This document shows, in pieces, positions 62,136-64,000 of a DNA stretch of 64,000 bases. The notes beneath the pieces were generated by a model. It had not been told where the DNA came from. It saw nothing but the letters and a program-made list of their open reading frames with translations, and made no database searches. The position numbers and the translations under genes were made by a program. Position 1 is the first letter of the stretch, and every line of letters starts with the position of its first letter. Origin of the DNA: Candidatus Aenigmatarchaeota archaeon (lineage in GTDB: Archaea; Aenigmatarchaeota; Aenigmatarchaeia; GW2011-AR5); contig JBHOSK010000001.1 of assembly GCA_042584825.1 (NCBI GenBank), positions 78,393-142,392 on the forward strand, given 5' to 3'.

Positions 62136-63638
62136 TTATTGTAAATTTTTTATTTCATCTATAGAAATAAATTTAACGTCTTTATAATCCTTCATCAGTG
62201 GATTCAAAGACGTGATTACAAGACCTTCAATTCTTTGATCTTTACATTTTATTTCGTGTTTTTTCATATTGTTTTTAATATACTCTATTTTCTTTAATAA
62301 GCTAGGTCTTTTCTTTGCAATAAGTACACCGTCTTTTGTTGTATATTCCTTACCTTCGACAACGCCCTTTAGATCTCTCAATATGTGATTATGAACTCTT
62401 AATTGTTCAAAAAAAGGTTTTATTTTCCAATTTTTAACTTCGCATACATAAACAACATCATCATTATAAGCAACACCGTCTATCTCTAAACTAGGTTTTT
62501 TCGGATTATCTTGGATATTTGGTATATATTCAAATCCGTTTTCTTCGAATTCTTTTTTTACAGCATGATTTTCAAATAATTTTCCTTTTTTACTTCTTAT
62601 ATTATTTAGAATATCTTTATGAATAATAGCATGCAGAAAAATGAATAATATTCTATAAAAATTGGGTGTAATAATAACCATTTCTTTATCATCTACACAA
62701 ACCTTTACAAAATAAGGAAATATATTATGGTTTTCATCGCCCATTAATAAATTATTTTTTACTTTTTCTAAATCAATTCCCGACATTGATACCCTTTTAT
62801 AGAAATCATCAATTTCGCTAACAATTGCTAGCTTGGAATTTCCTGTTAAAGGAAAAAAACCAAGTATATCCATAATATGATCTAATGCTAATCCAGATTT
62901 TTTAAGATAGTCGAAATTAAAAATTTTAGAAAAAATCACATTTTTTTGAAATGATGCATTAAGAGTATTAATGGCAGGAAATGCCATCTCAATAAAATTT
63001 TCTTTAGAGTATTTTATAACAGTGGGTTTTGTTTTCAGTGCTTTATCGTATTCGGCTTTATGTTTTCTTAGATACTTTTTTGCAGATCCTTTATTCATTA
63101 TTAATTCGGTTTCATAGCTTTTAACAATGTATTTCCATTCTTCTCTATATATTATTTTATAATTCTTTGAAATATCGCTTGAAGCTAAATTTACAAATGG
63201 AACATGTCTATCAAATTTATATGTGGCAATACCTTCAGAAATGTATACGTTTTCTTCAGCAATCTTTATTAAATTACTAAAAGTTTCTACAAATTTCTCA
63301 ACAGGTATTCCTAAGTCCTGAGATCCTTCAGGGTTTCCATCTTTCATTACCCTTTTAATTAAAATATTAGATGCTAACATGTTGTATATATCAATTTTTG
63401 GAATAACTTGAAAAAAATCAGAAGCGATCTTTTCTCTATAACCCATTAGGTGTACTATGAGTTTGTATTTATTGATTCTTGATATATACCTACTAAAGAG
63501 AAGGTTTATTTTACGCACCTTAAAATCGGATATTAGTTCAGCTTCTTCTTTCGGAAGAAAATTGATATTTTCACACTTAACACATACTTCTTGATCATCT
63601 AAAATGTATAATGGTAATTTGCACTTTTTACATGGCAT
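62136..63638 (-). CDS. Zinc-ribbon protein with C-terminal PD-(D/E)xK (NERD-like) nuclease motif
   Basis: N-terminal CKKCKLP...CVKCEN ribbon. C-terminal LEIDGVAYNDDVVYVCEVKNWK is a D...E-x-K signature. Confidence 0.4.
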   Translation of the reverse strand: MPCKKCKLPLYILDDQEVCVKCENINFLPKEEAELISDFKVRKINLLFSRYISRINKYKLIVHLMGYREKIASDFFQVIPKIDIYNMLASNILIKRVMKDGNPEGSQDLGIPVEKFVETFSNLIKIAEENVYISEGIATYKFDRHVPFVNLASSDISKNYKIIYREEWKYIVKSYETELIMNKGSAKKYLRKHKAEYDKALKTKPTVIKYSKENFIEMAFPAINTLNASFQKNVIFSKIFNFDYLKKSGLALDHIMDILGFFPLTGNSKLAIVSEIDDFYKRVSMSGIDLEKVKNNLLMGDENHNIFPYFVKVCVDDKEMVIITPNFYRILFIFLHAIIHKDILNNIRSKKGKLFENHAVKKEFEENGFEYIPNIQDNPKKPSLEIDGVAYNDDVVYVCEVKNWKIKPFFEQLRVHNHILRDLKGVVEGKEYTTKDGVLIAKKRPSLLKKIEYIKNNMKKHEIKCKDQRIEGLVITSLNPLMKDYKDVKFISIDEIKNLQ

Positions 63639-63705
63639 ATTATAAGAAGTTATCCAATATTTTTAAATAAATTCAGAGGTCTTGGAAAGTGCTTATACTT
63701 TCACA

Positions 63706-63999
63706 TTATTCTATAAAACTATAAAGATCCACAGCCCATTCACAATATTTTTTTGAATTAAGTGGATCAGAATCAGATAAATATAGACAAGGTACTTTAC
63801 TCAATGTTTGTTTAGCGACATCGGTATAACAATCTCCCTTTTCTTTTTCAGATATGATATTTTCACATATAAAATAATCAGGTTCTACTGTATGTACATA
63901 CCAAGAATAACACTCATCTCCGAGCTCTCTATTGACTATTGAACCACAATAATATGAGTCCGATTTCGCTCCAGCCAAGCACCAATTCAAAAAGTCTTG
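63706..63999 (-). CDS. Cys-rich repeat protein, C-terminal part (5' end outside window); paralog of 55086-56132
   Basis: Frame open to the window end. GDECYSWY..., FICENI...GDCYTDV..., KKYCEW patterns are like 55086-56132. Confidence 0.45.
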   Translation of the reverse strand, partial: QDFLNWCLAGAKSDSYYCGSIVNRELGDECYSWYVHTVEPDYFICENIISEKEKGDCYTDVAKQTLSKVPCLYLSDSDPLNSKKYCEWAVDLYSFIE

Positions 64000-64000
64000 G

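Overview
AT-rich (roughly one-third G+C by eye), tightly packed archaeal chromosome segment of about 90 genes. Intergenic regions are short. TTTAAAAA-type TATA boxes lie about 20-25 nt upstream of many start codons, so most transcripts look leaderless. The backbone is informational core. It holds r-proteins S15, L44e, L10e, S2, S27e, L7Ae, S28e, L24e, S13, S4, S11, L13, S9 and L15e, and RNAP subunits D, N and K. It also holds aIF2 alpha and beta, the H/ACA set Cbf5/Nop10/L7Ae, RNase P Pop5/Rpp30, a single-chain PriS-PriL primase, GINS-like and RFC-like genes, PolX, Nre, ArgRS and Bud32. There are two intron-containing tRNAs (Ser-GGA, Leu-UAA) and a deoxyhypusine/polyamine operon. The fused primase, a non-canonical tRNA intron, minimal metabolism and many large Cys-rich or adhesin-like surface proteins suggest a DPANN-type (Woese-/Pace-/Nanoarchaeota-like) archaeon; this is inference. 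Main observations: (1) A mini-island anchored at tRNA-Ser, in which single-gene modules are separated by reiterated, decaying copies of the tRNA 3' end. It ends in an Arg/Glu heptad-repeat ORF. (2) About 18 orphan ORFs are Lys-poor and Arg/Asp/Gly/Pro/Thr-rich, unlike the Lys-rich backbone, but use native-looking AT-rich codons and have their own promoters. They are wedged into the seams of universally conserved operons. (3) The primase carries a C2H2 finger, and a paralogous finger gene lies beside the RFC-like gene. (4) A SpeE-AdoMetDC fusion sits in a DHS operon. (5) Surface-protein genes share shuffled Cys-rich and signal-peptide modules at DNA level. I saw no rRNA, CRISPR array, transposase or integrase. 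All homology calls are motif recognition by eye, not database searches.
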